NCBI RefSeq assembly: GCF_009914755.1
Contig: NC_060940.1
Length of the DNA stretch: 64,000 bases
Strand: one strand, 5' to 3'
DNA from: the human T2T-CHM13v2.0 reference genome, Homo sapiens
This document shows positions 10,205 to 25,872 of this stretch, in pieces. The notes below the pieces were generated by a model. It worked only from the letters and a program-made list of their open reading frames with translations. It did no database searches and had not been told where the DNA came from. The stretch's first letter is position 1. Every line of letters begins with the position of its first letter. A program made the position numbers and the translations under genes.

Positions 10205-12780
10205 GATTTATTGAGACATAATTTACATAGTGTAGAGTGCACACACTAATGTCTACAAGTCAATGGCTTTTAGTATATGCACAGATAAGTGGAGCCATCA
10301 TCACAATGAATTTTAGAGCATTTTCATCACTTTAAAAAGAAACCCCACCTTCTTTAGCTGTTAACCTCCTATGCACCCATCCCCTACTCAATCCTAAGCA
10401 ACCACAAAGCTGTTTTCTGTCTCTATAGATTTTCCTATTCTATTTTCATCTAAATAGAATCATACAATAGGTGGCCTTTTGTGCCTGGCTTCTTTCAGTT
10501 GGCATAATGCTATCAAGGTTCATATGCGTATTGGTACTTTATTTCTTTTTATAACTGTATAACATTCAATTTCATGGATATAACATTTTGTTTATCCAAT
10601 AATATTTTATTGACATTCGAGTTGTGTTCACCTTTGGCTATTTTAAATACTGCTGCTAAAAATACTTGTGTACAATTTGTGTTTGAACACCTCTTTCCAA
10701 TAATCTGGGTGTATACCTAGGAATAAATTTCTGGGTCATATGACAATTCTATGTTTAATATATTTAGAAGCCAACAAACTATTTTCCAAAGTGGCCAGTT
10801 TTAGCCATAGAGTATCTAATTGTGGTTTTGATTTGTAGTTGCCTGATGAGTGATGCTATTGAGTATCTTTTTATGGGATTATTGACCGTTCGTGTATCTT
10901 CTTGGGAAACACATCTATTCCTATCATTTATCAGTTTTGAGTTGGGATATTTGTTACTGAGTTAAAACAATTTTTCTATATTCAAGATACATATATATAC
11001 AGACATATAGATACGTGTTTTTCAAATATCTTCTCACAGTTTTTGAGCTGCCTTTTGACTTGCTTGGTTGTCCTTTGAAACACCAATGTCTTTAATTTTT
11101 AAGAAATTTTAAATATCTAATTTTTATTATGTTGCTCATGTTTTTGGAGTTACAGCTATTTCTTTGCTAGATCCAAAATCCTGAAGATTTTCCCCTATGC
11201 TTTACTCTAGCTCTTGCATGTATGTCTTTAATTCATTTGAGTTAATATTTTTGTATGTTCTGGGGTAAGGGTTCGAATTGATTATTTTGCAAGTGGTGAT
11301 CCACGTGTACGTTGTCAACCCAGTTTGTTCAAAGATTGTCTCTTCCTCATTGAATTGCACATGGCACCACTGTAAGAATCCATTGACTATAGATACATAG
11401 TTTTATATATGGACTCTCAATTCTCTTCCAACAATCTATATATTTTTCCTTCATCAGTATTGTCTTGTCTTGATTACTGATGCCTTGCAGTAAGGTTTGG
11501 AGCACGGGGGTGTGAATTATCCTAATATCTTTCTTTTTTCCAGACTATTTTGGCTATTTTGAGTCTCTTACAATTCCATGTGTATTTTAGAATCGGCTTG
11601 TCAGTTTCTAGACAGAAGTCTGTTGGGATACTTGCAGGGATTTCATCAAATCTGTAGTTCAAATTGTAAAGTACTACAATATTAAATCTTCCAATTCATG
11701 GCTGTAAGATATTTGCTAATTATTTAGATCTCCCTTAAACAATAATTTTTAATTTTCAGAGTAAACTCTTGTATCACATTTTCCAAATTAATTATTATTT
11801 TTTTTGTGATGCTATTGTAAATTGAAGTGTTTTCTTAATTTCATTTTGGGGTTTTCATTGTAGATGTGTGCAATTGATTTTTGTACATTTATCTTGTATG
11901 CTGTAATATTGCTGAATTAATTTACTAGTTCTATCATTCAGTGGATTCCTTAAAATTTTCTATATACAAGAATGTTATTTGCAAATAAAGTTTTATTTCC
12001 TCCTGTCCAATATGGGTGACTCTTACTTCTTTACTTGCTGATTTGCCCTGCATAAAATCTTTAGTACAGTGTTGACTAGAAGAGGTCAAAGTATATATCT
12101 TATTCTTATCTCTGACCATAGCGGGAAAGTATCCTTTCTTTCACCACTAAGTTGAATGTTTGCTGTTGGCTTTTCACAGGTGCCATGTATCAGGTGTAGA
12201 AAGTTCTCTATTCCTGGTTCATTGAGTTTTTATTTTTATTTTTAATCATTAAAGCATTTGGATTCTGTTAAATGTCTTTTCTGAATCTATCGAGATGATC
12301 ATGCAATTCTTGTTTCTTATTCTATGGATAAGATGTATTACCTTAATGGATTTTGGGCTGTTAAACCAACCTGGGATTACTAGTATAAATTTCACTTTGT
12401 CATAGTGTATAATTCTTTTATATGTTGCTAGATCTGATTTGTTAGTATTTTTTAAGGAATTTTGCATTTATACTTATAATAGTTTTATTTTTCTATGCTA
12501 TTTGGACTAACTTTTGTATCAAGGTAACACTGGCCCCACAGAATAAATTGGGAAGTGAATATTTCTCCTTTTAAAAAAAGTTAGTCGAGAATTAATATCA
12601 ATTATCCGATACTAACAAATATTATTAATATTATAAATTATTAATTTCTCTAATTTTTATTTTCTTCCTTCTGCTTGCTTTAGGTTTAGTTTGCTATTTT
12701 TTCCAGTACCTTAATATGGAAGGTCATCTTCTCTCATCCTTTCCTTTGTCTTTTCATTTTCTAAATAGTGTCTTTTTAGC
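10205..12780 (-). mobile_element. Old L1 (L1MB-like) 3' end and ORF2 remnants
   Basis: TTTATTGAGACATAATTTACATA.. is an antisense L1MB-type 3' end; minus-strand peptide KRIIHYDKVKFILVIPGWFN..ISIDSEKTFNRIQ is degenerate ORF2p RT. Confidence 0.85.
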
Positions 12781-12784
12781 ATCA

Positions 12785-13150
12785 GGTGAGCTCCCCAGGT
12801 TGGTAGTACTCCATGTTTATTGCTGTACAACAATGACAGGTAATATGTCCTGAAGACAATGGAAACTTAACATTCAAAATCCTCCTAGAGTCCACCTTAT
12901 GTGATATGTCTCTTCCTTTGATTGGTCCTAATTTCTACCCTTTCTCTATTACAAACCATGAGTACAATGGCATTCAATGAGTTCTGTGAGTCTTTCTAGT
13001 AAATTCTTGAAACTGAGGGTGTTCTGGGGAAACCCCTAAACTGGCAGTTGGTGTCAAAAGTGAGAATCGTCTTATATGGCCTCTTCCTTTGAACTTTGCA
13101 GCTGGACCCAAACTCTGCACAATTTGGGCCAGAAGTCTCGTGTTGACTTT
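12785..13150 (+). mobile_element. ERV LTR fragment (MER21-like)
   Basis: TGAGTTCTGTGAGTCTTTCTAGTAAATT..AAACTGAGGGTGTTCTGGGGAAACCCCT..GGTGTCAAAAGTGAG. Confidence 0.6.
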
Positions 13151-13686
13151 GCAGCCTAAAGTATCTTGTAGTTTGTCTAACCCTCAATAAATTTGCTTTC
13201 ATCAAATATTGTATTTGTCACCCCAAAATTACCATCATGTTTTTTTTCTCCGAATAACTAACATTGGGAGAAAGAGTCAGCTGAATCTGTAACTCAACAG
13301 AAACAAGTGACCCATATACCATATAAGTGGCCATTTCATTTTACCTCCTTCCACCAAATCTTAGCAACCTCATCCATTGCCATGAGCCACTGTAGGCCTA
13401 CCAGCTACAAACAAACAAGTATCTTTTAAAAACACTTCATACTGCCATTTGATAAATTTCCCAGCAAAGAGATGCCTACTTTAACTCTATGCAAGTGGCT
13501 CATATTCGCGAAGTCTGGAGATATTATTCATGTAGTGTGAGAAAATCATCCCAGCGATGCCAGCACATTCTCCTTCCCATGATCTGCTTAGTTTGCAAAC
13601 ATATTCAGGCCATGGGTGAGAGATTTGTATTTCACAGTACAACAATTTTATGGAGGGCATTGAAACTTACATTGAGCATTTTAGTA

Positions 13687-14024
13687 CAGTCACACATCAC
13701 TGAATGATAGGGATACGTTCTAAGAGATGCATCCATAGGCAATTTCTTCATTTTGCAAACATCACAGAGAATATTACAAACACCTAGATTGTACAGCCTA
13801 CCACGTCTAGGTTATATGGTATAGCCTCTCTCTCCTAGGTTACAAACCTTTGTACTACATTACTGTACTGAATACTGCAGGCAGTAAGAACACAGTGATA
13901 AGAGTTTATGTATCTAAACATACTTAAACATAGAAAAGTATGTAAAAATATGTATTATAATCTCATGGGACCACTTTTGTATATGTAATCCATCTTTGAA
14001 ATGTTATTATGCATGACATGACTG
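13687..14024. mobile_element. Tigger3/MER7-type non-autonomous DNA transposon
   Basis: Termini CAGTCA.. and ..TGACTG with a TA on each side; 338 bp; internal sequence typical of Tigger3a. Confidence 0.8.
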
Positions 14025-17000
14025 TATGACAAAAATAATACATTGTAAAAAATGTACACATGTATCAAACATATTAATATTATAAAAATAAAAATATTCA
14101 GTGTAAGAATTTGTAATGATCACAAAATGTTCACAGCTTATATTTTAGTACAGTTTCAAATGCCTAGTGCAATTACTATTTATTTCTGTGTGTATTTTAA
14201 ACATGTATATAATAAATGTTTTTCAGGTTCAACAATATATATCAATCCTACTGGCTCTTATAAATATTAGTTAAAATCATTTAGTAAATTCATGTATACA
14301 TATACACACGTGTATCAGTGAGTGTGTGTGCATGTATGTGTGTGTAAATGTAATTGTATGTGTGTGTAAATGTAATTGGATGCATCCTAATATTTACCCT
14401 TACCTACAAGATTTCCAAGATTCATTTATTATCTTTAGATGATGTATATTTAAAGATTTACCAAATAAAACTGTAATCATGGAAAATATCAGATGTTATT
14501 AAATTCACCTTGTGCACATAATTGTTTCTTTAAATTTATGTTTCTTGCAAAACTTGCAGTAATGCTCATGCACAAAATAATTTTCTAAATAAAAAATAAA
14601 AACATTTCTGTCATTCTTAATAATTATTTCTCCCCAATAATTAATGTGAATTAATTCTTAATTCTTAATCATAGAATAATGTTGCCCTTCAGAGTTCTGA
14701 AACTTTTGCATGTTGTATACATTTCACTAACTAGAACAACTTCTGAAATATTGGCATTAATTAATGTCACTCAGCAATTATTGATTTCAAAGAAATTAAA
14801 TACCATTCATATTCTGAATCACAAGGGTACTTTGGCATCTAATTTAATCAAGCTCTTTGTATCATCATCTACACTTTAATTACTTAACAAACATTTCGCT
14901 GTGTGAGAAAGACTGAGGAGGTTATTGTGCTTTTTTAAGATGCAACTGTTGCTTAATCTAGATATAGGCAATGCTCCCTATAAGGGACAAAGAGAAAAAT
15001 GAATGAGCAATAGAGATGTGACAGGCATGGAAAAAGACAATACATTTATAAAACAAATAGGGCCACAGATGATGAAAATGGGGATCAAATCTTGAGATAC
15101 TGACTCAGTTTATAACCGCACTGTATAATAGAGCAAATCATTTGTTAATTTTTTACAAATGGATTTTAATTTAATTAAGATGAATACAGTGTTTTAAACA
15201 AGGCAGGTCATCTTAAAATAAATTAGTAGAATAAAGTGATAAAACCAAAGTAAAAATCATAAACATTTTATAAAGAATTTTTGTCATGTAATTTAATATT
15301 TTTGTTTATTTAAAATCACCCAAATCAAAATAATTTTATCTTCATTAATAAATAATCATCAGAAGTTTAACTAATTTTTACTTTATAATACTAGGTTTAA
15401 AAATTCTTAACTATATTTGTAATCATATATGCTTATATATAAAATAGGATATATATTTACATGTTCACAATATTATATTGTAATTGTTCCTATGGATGTG
15501 GTTTTTCAATGGAATTAATAAGTACTTTTAAAAAGTTTCCATTTCAATTATATATATGTTTGATTTTTCTTGGACAAAGCATACATATATTGATAGGTAA
15601 TATGAAAATCTTCTAAAGACATTACAGGAACATGAAAATGTAATTAAATACTCACTAATTTGTAATGTTTTATGTAAGCGGAACACATTTAACTGAAAAT
15701 TGCTTTTATATAATACTCAAACGAGACTAAAAACATTTTAACTAGCGGAGTAAGTCTCCAAATTGATAATCTGAACTATGTAAGAGGAGAAACTTCAGGC
15801 ACTCAAATATTTGAAATGCTACAAAATATTTATATAAACTATTATTTAACAATTTCTGTTTGTAGAGTGCTATACAGTAATCAATATAAATGACATCTCA
15901 AGTCTTTCTATAGCTTTGACCACATTTACCTCCTAATTTTATGTATTAATATGTTGGAGCAGTGCATACAACTAGATTCCGATCTTCCTTTTTAATGAAT
16001 AAAAATATGTCCTTTGAGACAGCATTAAAGAAAGAGCACCTTGTATAAATTCAATGCCAAGAGACAAGATATTCTTGATTCTGAAGTCTTGTTCTTTTAT
16101 ACAGCACTGTAATTAATAAGAAGAAGAAAAGCAGGACATAGATGTGGAGTCTATTTTAATAAAAAATTGTCTATAGATTTTGATGATAAAATTTAAAAAT
16201 CTACTATATTTAGTTACAAAAAACTAGGTTGTGGGAATATATTTGGTTAATAAAACACCCCTACCAAATGCTGACAAGAAAAAAAGTTAGGTGCCACCTT
16301 TCTTCTCTGCAGATGGCCTGAGATGGGTTAATTTGAAAGAATGCTTCCAAACCTGAGGTGACCCCTGAGAACAGCATAATCCACTGCTGTCTCCCACATT
16401 CAGTTTCTCAGTTTGTGCTCTTTTAATTTTGGGGGGAGGGAAGCCAGTCCTTTCAACCGATCTTCAGCATGATGGCAGAGCCAATGAGTGTGGACAGGTG
16501 GCACGGTGTCTGACTTTGTTCCAGCAGCCACTTGGGCTTTCTCTGGGTCTTCTCTGCCCTAGGGATAGCACCACTATGGAAAACATGTCTTTGTGACATT
16601 CTCTATGCCAGGAACTCCCAACACATTTTCCTTGAAACTGATGAAATGAATAAAAATAAACCAAGAGGTGTGCTGTTTGTTTCTGTTTCCTCCTTTCTGC
16701 AGCCCTTCTTGATCATCTAATATTTTTAAATACATTGTCGATCACCAAAAGGAGCATAAGGGGTATATTGATTTGTAGCAGATGTATTAATAGCCCAGCC
16801 CCTATTCCTTACTTGTAGCTGCTGGGAAGAAAAGGAATCTTAACACTCTACAAGGTCTCATCTCCAGAACTTGCACCTGTTTCTAGCTGAGGACTTTCTC
16901 TAGCAGCACGGGAGCTTGTTACTGGGCATGAAGTGGGAAGAAAAGGTGAGGGTAACTAAGAAGAATCTCCCTGGATTCAGTGATGTAATTCTGAGGCATG

Positions 17001-17503
17001 TTCCTCATAGCTTCCCAGAGAATTAAGCCCAGATACCTAATAATAATGGCTACATCAGGGGTCTTGTTAGTTCTCGTTCTACACTGTCTACGGGTTATTA
17101 CTATCAGTTTTCTGTCTTTTTTTTAGCAGTACGACGTGACATCTGTAAAATCTATATTTCCTCTCTTTCTCCTTCCAGCCTTAGTGAAACTGTGCTGTAG
17201 AATTAAAGCAAAATTATGTTGTGCCCCAGAGCCCCTTATGTCTTGAACTGCTCTCCATATTTCTTCTTCCCAATCTCAATGTGGGGAAGTAAGACCAATT
17301 TCAATGTAGTCTTACTGCGAAGATCATGTTCCAGACCAGCAGCATTAGTGTCACCCAAGAACTTACTACAAATGAAGAATCTCAGGCCTGCTCAATCAGA
17401 ATGTGCAGCTTCAGCGAGCCCCCACCCCACACCCCACCCCCTACCCCCGCTGATTTATGCGGGGAAGAGAAGTTCTTCTCTATGTGGATTGAACATGACA
17501 TTA

Positions 17504-17723
<220 letters not shown>

Positions 17724-19393
17724 CTGAAAAACAACAGGGATACATAATCACTCATATATAAATATGATAAAGTTATCCATACATTCACACAGTGTTAGCA
17801 TCAAGCTGTAACCTTCTGCCTGTACTAGTGTAGGCTCTGATGTCTTCTACTTTGTGTCTTGGGACTGGAACATGACAGAAATACACTGATAAAAGGGAAT
17901 ACTGGCTCCATGAAATATACCCTTACAATTTCAAACATGATATGATTTGTCATATGTCGAAAACTAAAAACCGTGTCAATATCAATGTGGATATGTCGAT
18001 GATGAGGACAAACATGACTTAAAATCAGAGGAGCAACTCATACACCTGAGAATCTATGTCAAAGCAGGTGCTACATGATCCCACATGTCTTTCACGCAAG
18101 AAATCAAAAGGATTTACACCATTATACTACAAACATTCATCATGCTCTTTAACTTGCCCAATAACTGAGAAGGCACACAATTACGATGACACTTCAGTTG
18201 AACGTACACTTCACATCACTTCAGTGGAAGTGTCCTAAATTGATCATCTTGGATATCTGTTTGCTGATACATTCATTATCTAGTAGATAACATTCATTAT
18301 CTCTCACACCCATCTGGTGTAATAATGTGCCTAAGTTTCTTTTATCCACTAGTTTAGCCTCCTGAAAGTTTCTTCATCCACTCATGGCACCAAAGGATAA
18401 TACATTAGCCTCAAGAAAAATATCATCAATTATCAATTTTGACATACTTCTACAAAGTAAAACTGCTACAAGCATTAGATATTAATAAGTTTTTCATTCA
18501 GAAATCACTCCAATGTTCATTGAAAATGATCACTTTAGGAGTTCGTTAGAATTCTACACAATTTTTGTTTCTAAAATAGTCTTGTTTGGGAATATCACAC
18601 TATTCTCTATCGAAGTTTCATTAAATAGCTATTTTATCCAAGAGGTAGCTCCTTGAACAAGGAAGCCAATGTATTCATATTCAAGTTTGTCTCATTTCTA
18701 TTACTAAAATCAACAAAACATGTATCTCTGATGCCTCCTAGTAACAAAGAAGAGTAATGAGTCATTGTGTTTTATCCCAATTCTAGCATTGTTTCCTGCT
18801 TCCAGTAGCTCCTGGAGCTGCCAAAATCAAATATTTTTTAGGCAAATATTCCAAATGCATCTGAAGTGAGTTCACTCAGGTTTCCTCAGCAGAAACCCCA
18901 AAATTATATAAATAACTTCTTTTCCCTCCTTCCTGCCTCACGATCCGTCTTCCTTGGGAAAATAATTGCTACATCAGGGGTCTCCTTAGTTCTCATTCTA
19001 CAGTGTCTATGGGTTATTACAATCAGTTTTCTGTCTTTTTTTAGCAGTACGATGTGACGTCTGTAAAATCTATACTTCCTCTCTTTCTCCTTCCACTCTT
19101 AGTGAAACCATGCTGTAGAGTTAAAGCAAAATTATGCTTTTCCCTGAGCCCCTTATGTCTTGAACTGCTCTCCATATTTCTTCTTCCCAATTTCAACGTG
19201 GGGAAGTCTATAATCTTACTGCAAAGATCATGTTCCAGACAAGCAGCATTAACGTCACCCAAGAACTTATTACAGATGAAGAATCTCAGGCCTGCTGAAT
19301 CAGAACGTGCAGCTTCGAGGAGCCACACCCCCGCCCCGGCTGATTTATTCGGGGAAGAGAAGTTCTTTTCTATTTTGACTGAACATGACATTA

Positions 19394-19609
<216 letters not shown>

Positions 19610-20834
19610 CTGAAAAGCAAAAGGGATAATCACTCATATGTACATATGATAAATTTATCCATACATTCATGCAGTGTTAGCATCAAGCTGGTATCTTCTT
19701 GCCTGTACTAGTGTAGGCTTTGATGTTTTCTACTTTTTGTCTGGAGACTGGAACACGACAGAAATACACTGAGAAAAAAGGAATACAGGCTTCACAAAAT
19801 ATACCCTTACAATTTCAAACATGGTATGATTTGTGATACGTCTAAAACTAAAATAAAACCGTGTCAGTATCAATGTGGATATGCCGAGTGATGAGGACAA
19901 ATCAGAGGAGTAACTCACACACCTGAGAATCAATGTCAAAGCAGGTGGTACATGATCCCGCATGTCTTTCTTGCAAGAAATCAGAAGGATTTACACCATT
20001 ATACTACAAACATTCGTCATGCTCTTTAACTTGCCCAATAACTGAGAAGGCACACAATTACGATGACACTTCAGTTGAACATACAGTTCACGTCTCTTCA
20101 GTGGAAGTGTCCTAAATTGATCACCTTGGATATCTGTTTGCTGATACCTAGCAGATAATATTCATTATCTCTCACACCCATGTGGTGTAATAATTTGCTT
20201 AAGTTTCTTGTATCCACTAGTTTGGCATTCTGAAAGTTTCTTCATCCACTCATGGCACCAAAGGATAATATATCAGCCTCAAGAAAAATATCAATTATCA
20301 ATTTTGGCATACTTCTACAAAGTAAAACTGCTACAAGCATTAGATATTAATGAGTTTTACATTCAGAAATCACTCCAATATTCATTGAAGATGATCACTT
20401 TAGGAGTTAATTAGAATTCAACATAATTTTTGTTTCTAAAATAGCCTTCTTCGGAGTATCATGTTATTCTCCAAAGAAGTTTCATTAAACAGCTATTTTA
20501 TCCAAGAGGTAGCTCCTTGAACAAGGAAGCCAATCTATTCATATTCAAGTTTATCTCATTTTTTTAACTAAAATCAACAAAACATGTATCTCTGATGCCT
20601 AATAGTAACAAAAAAGAGTAATGAGTCAGTGTGCTTTATCCCAATTCTAGCATTGTTTCCCACTTCCAGTAGTTCCTGGAGCTGCCAAAATCAAATATTT
20701 TTTATGCAAATATTCCAAATGCATCTAAAGTGAGTTCACTCAGGTTTCCTCAGCAGAAACCCCAAAATTATGTAAATGACTTCCTCTTTTCCCACCTTCC
20801 TGCCTCATAATCCGTCTTCCTTGGGAAAATAATG

Positions 20835-20960
20835 CCGTAAACCCGGGAGGTGGAGTTTGCAGTGAGCCGAGATCCCGCCACTGCACTCAAGCCTGGGTGA
20901 CAGAGCGAGACTCCGTCTCAAAAAACAAAAGAAAAGAAAAGGAAAGAAAAGAAAAGAAAA
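20835..20960 (+). mobile_element. 3' end of a young (AluY-like) Alu with A-rich tail
   Basis: AACCCGGGAGGTGGAGTTTGCAGTGAGCCGAGATCCCGCCACTGCACTC..GACTCCGTCTCAAAAAA(GAAAA)n. Confidence 0.9.
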
Positions 20961-21244
20961 TGTATCATTCACTTCTTGCAGGAAGTGCTCTCAATCATTA
21001 GTTTAGATATCTACTTGGAGAAAAATTGTTTCTAAAAATACTCATGTTATCCACAGTCATGAAGACTTCTGATATTTTCAACTTCTGGATTCTCAACTTA
21101 AGTTCTCTTGCCATCTTTTCATTCACTTATGCAAAAAAAGTATGCATTACACATCAAATAACTAATGAGTACTCAGATTTTCATTTACAAAATGTAACCA
21201 AAAATCTCTGAATCATCATTGACTTTTTTTTCAAAATGATCAAC

Positions 21245-21548
21245 TTTCTTTTTTTTTTTTTTTTTTGACATGGAGTCTTGCTCTGTTGCCTAGGCTGGAG
21301 TGCAGTGCGCACAATCTCGGCTCACAGCAACCTCCGCCACCGGGGTTCAAGTGATTCTCCTGCCTCAGGCTCCCTAGTAGCTGGGACTATAGGCACACGC
21401 CACCATGCCTGGCTAATTTTTTGTATTTTTAGTAGAGATGGTGTTTCACCATGTTAGCCAGGATGGTCTCCATCTCCTGACCTTGTGATCCTCCCACCTC
21501 AGCCTCCCAAAGTGCTGGGATTACAGCCGTGAGCCACCGTGCTTGGCT
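21245..21548 (-). mobile_element. Alu (S/Y type), full length
   Basis: Poly-T followed by antisense Alu; ATCAACTTT repeated on both sides. Confidence 0.92.
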
Positions 21549-22393
21549 TAATCAACTTTTACATGTCAAAATATTTGCCATGATTATGGACAGTTACACT
21601 TTTAGTACTCAAGAAATAAATTTCTCGTTTGTTTTTTTCTAGTCAGTTTGATATGCAATAGCATAGCAGCCTCTGAGGTACTTTTATACAATGGCTATTT
21701 CATCAAAAACAGCACTGTTTTTAAAGAAAACTGCCAATGTTTTGATATCCAAGTGCATCCCAGTTCACTAACAAACATGAATGAAGCACATATCATTGAT
21801 GTGTAACCCCTATAGAGAGAAGAAATGAGTTCCTGTGGTTTCCTGTCGTTCTTCTATCCTCTGCTTCCAGTAAGCTCCAAAGCAGCAATAATTTAGTCTT
21901 CTCTTTGAGTGGGAATATACTGAGTCTACATAAAGTGAATTCCCTCGAGTTTCCTCATCAGAAACCTCCGAATTACCTAGCCAGCTGCTTTCTTAATTTA
22001 CACCATCCCACCTCACATTTTTTTTTGCAAATATACTAATGTCCATTTCTCAACAATGAATATTATATTTTGATCTGCAAGTTTAAGTGTTCACCAAAGT
22101 TTTAAGAAAAAGAATGTTTAAATTACATTATATTTACTATTAAAATTTAATAAATTATATTTACAATTTAATTAAAATTAGGCTTATAATTTAATGTAAT
22201 TTAACAATTAATTTTAAATTTATTTTAAATTATATTTAAATTAGTTATATTTATTTTCAAAAATTATATTATTAAAGCATAGAAAATTATTCAGCTATAT
22301 TCACTGCCTCACCACCTTTGTTTTTTTGTACACAAAAAATAACATTATCATTATTTGATTGCTCTCATGAAGCACTTTTTATAATACCAATAC

Positions 22394-22433
22394 CATTTGC
22401 TTTTTGTCCAGTTGCTGGTAGTGCTTTTCATTC
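22394..22433 (-). pseudogene. ANKRD36: ANKRD36 40-nt exon with nonsense codon
   Basis: tag|GAA TGA AAA GCA CTA CCA GCA ACT GGA CAA AAA GCA AAT G|gta = E*KALPATGQKAN (parent recalled as EGKALPATGQKAN). Confidence 0.85.
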
Positions 22434-24439
22434 CTATTTAAAAAAAAAAAAAGAAATCTTCAGAAAATGTTATATTTACTACTCAGTCAGTAATTCAAGA
22501 AACATTTTCTGTGTCTATAAATTCATAAGGTCTATACTGGAAAATCTGATAATATGAATAAAATACTAATTTTATTTATTTATCAAGTGAAAAAAGAAAT
22601 TTATAAAAACAAACAAAAGCAGAAAGACACAATTCATTATTTCTACAATTCAAGTCAATAAAAACAGTGATAGCACAAAGGTAATAACACTTATTTCTAC
22701 TTGGGAAGCTTCTGAGACACTGCAAATTCAGGGTTCTATTTTTAAAATAGACAAGTGAAGAGTAAGAGTGTGAAGTGTTTCTAGTGAGGGCAGCATGTGC
22801 AAAAAAATAAAGCATGAAACAGCATAGCCAATAAGAAATACCACAATAACGTGGTAAAACTTGGACACAGACCGAGAAAGTGGAGTGGAGAGATAAAATG
22901 GGAGAAACAGGCCAAACCGCAAAATAAGTGTTATGCTAGAATGTAAATGTTTCTTTCGTGTAATGAGGGTCCAGCCATAAGCAGATGAGTTAGATAAAAG
23001 TAAACATGTTTAAGAAAGGTCACCCTGAAAGACATATATAGATAGATAAACATGGGGAGAAGAGAGAAACAAAAACAAACATTCCGAAAGTATAGGGCAG
23101 ACAGTGTATTACAGTAATAAGATATGAGAAATGGTTAAAGGTAGAAAATACAAAATTTGGTGAGTCACTGGATTGGCAATGTGAGGGAAACCTGGAGTGC
23201 AGTTTTTCTGCTTCAATGTTTCATTGCTACTTTCTTGGTGTTATTTACTAAAATTGGGAAGCCAGATGACAGAGTAGATTACAAAGAGTCAGGAAAGAAT
23301 CTGGAAGGCAGTTTGAGACCTATTAAACTGGAGGCACAAAGGGGACTTAGAAGACTGATCTGGGTAAATACATTTGGAGTAGAAATAGATGACCTTACTC
23401 AAAAAAAAACCATACATTGTTGAGAAGGTCAACATTTGTAAAATATACTAAACTGGTAGGATTCAATAATTTAAACCTATGAAGAACCCTGAAGTTTTGA
23501 AAATAAAAAGAAAACAAAACATGGGATTCAAAATTTCAATTATATATTTCTATACTGGATTAAAAGATATAAAATATATTTTCTTAATGTATGCAGATAT
23601 TTATTTCTGGAATATTATGGTCATCTGCATTTTTGAACTTAATGAAAACAGTTATCTAAACCAGTAATTCAAGGTATCCTAAGAAAGCTCATTTTTAAAA
23701 AATCATCTTAAAAGTTTAACTTGCACAAATGTTTATTCTATTATAGAATTATAAGGCATTTTAAGTGCTACTAAAATATAAGAGAGAAATGTAAAACCTA
23801 TTTTAAAGTTCATATGGTTTTCTGATTCTCCTGTAAATTATATACTAATAGCTCTAATTGCCTACTTATGCCATAAAGATAATAGTTAAAAATCAGAGAA
23901 AGGATCAAGTAAAATAATCATATGACTATGCAAGCTGAAGATTTACATGTCTTCAAATACACTATGCCTGTCAATCAGGACCCAATACTGACATGAAGAG
24001 AGAAGAAATTTATTTTAAACATCAAGTCAAAAGGATTCCTGAGTTTTAGAGCTGAATCAATTTATATGCAAGGTATAACAACTATAAATACTAAAGTTAA
24101 TAATGCTTCCAGAGAATAATACAAAATGTCCCAACTGTAGGAGATAGTTTTAAAAGTAAAAAGTAATATTCCAGAGATAATTCTGTGTACTCTGTTGGCA
24201 ATATTTCTTTCCTTACAATTCTATCAAAATAGGTACTTTGTTTAGAAAACAATCATGAGTGTTGATTGCATTCATCACATGTATGTTCTTAAGTACAGAC
24301 GTTATCAGCACAAGGTAAGTCAGACTAGCTCCAGAAATAAGTAATAATTTATTTCTTTAAGAGGGTTCCAGGTTAAAAATATATTTTTTCTCATTCAATG
24401 AATATAAATTAGAAACCTCATTTAAAATTAACCAGAAAT

Positions 24440-24755
<316 letters not shown>

Positions 24756-25872
24756 TTATTAATTTATGTATTAATTAATTTTTATTATTTTTTATTATTT
24801 AATTACTTATTTATTTTCTCTCTTATTATCAAAAAAAGGCTAAAACAGCTGCCAAGATTATGTAAAAGTGAAATAAATTAGTTAAGCAACTTAGGAATAT
24901 ACCAAATATTACTTTAAAAAACTTTTAACAAGAGTCAAAAATTAATGATTCATTCAAAATCTGATATAGCCTAAAACACATTTTACTTTGCATTATCTAT
25001 GAACACGGCATTCACTAGATAAAATATGAGACACCACTTTACTGAAATTTTAAAAAGTGAGGATTAAATTTTCTTTCCATTTAGAATTTTTAAATTAATA
25101 AATAGATGCATATATTTTCAGTGTACGTGTGATGATTTGATCCATCTATATAATCTAATGAGGGTAACAGAGAGACACATTACCTTAAATATGTATGTTT
25201 TATTTAAACTAGAAATATTCAAGTTATTCTCTCCTGGCTGTTTTTAAATGTAAAACAGAATGTTAAATATAGTCACCCATAAATTTTCTTCCAATCCTTT
25301 ATTAAAATCACCCGTAAGTCACTCAGAAGAATCTGAGCATTTTTTTAATTACTTGGCTTTCTTTTCCTAATCTATATTTAAAATAATTCTATAATATGAT
25401 ATGGAGACATTCTACTGTCATTTAAATTCACCGTTTTTGAGGTGTTTTATACTAATCTTTGTCATCTTGACACTCTTATTCAACTCTGTATTCTTACTTC
25501 TTTCCCCTCCTCACCTTTGTATTTGTGGAGCTGTTCTTTCAGGTTGCTTTCTACTTCTTTCCTTCCCTAATGGCAAACCTAACAATCATTTACTCCCACG
25601 ACCTTTTAGGAATCCTAGTCCCATGCGTATATTTCCCTTGTTGTTACACTTCTTTTCTATTATTACCTGGAGAACTTCCATTCCTTTATAGGATCCTTGT
25701 CATCGTTATAAAGACAGGGAGATGGCAAGTGAATAAAGCATGGGAAAAATATTTTCCAAATAAAACAATTTACCATTGTAAAACTAGAGATCATTAACAG
25801 ATAAGAGTGAGTTGGTGAACAGGACTGGACTCTGATTATTCTATGTTGGCTTTTAACCATATCTTCATTTAC

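Noticed and set aside
16280-16700. Possible lncRNA exon (GC-richer island with AATAAA at ~16648)
   Set aside because: No independent support from sequence alone
17995-18055. C/D-box snoRNA-like ATGATGA...CTGA in array units (also ~19888-19926)
   Set aside because: Too short, antisense to the host gene, no convincing terminal stem, and the D box is lost in the block-2 units
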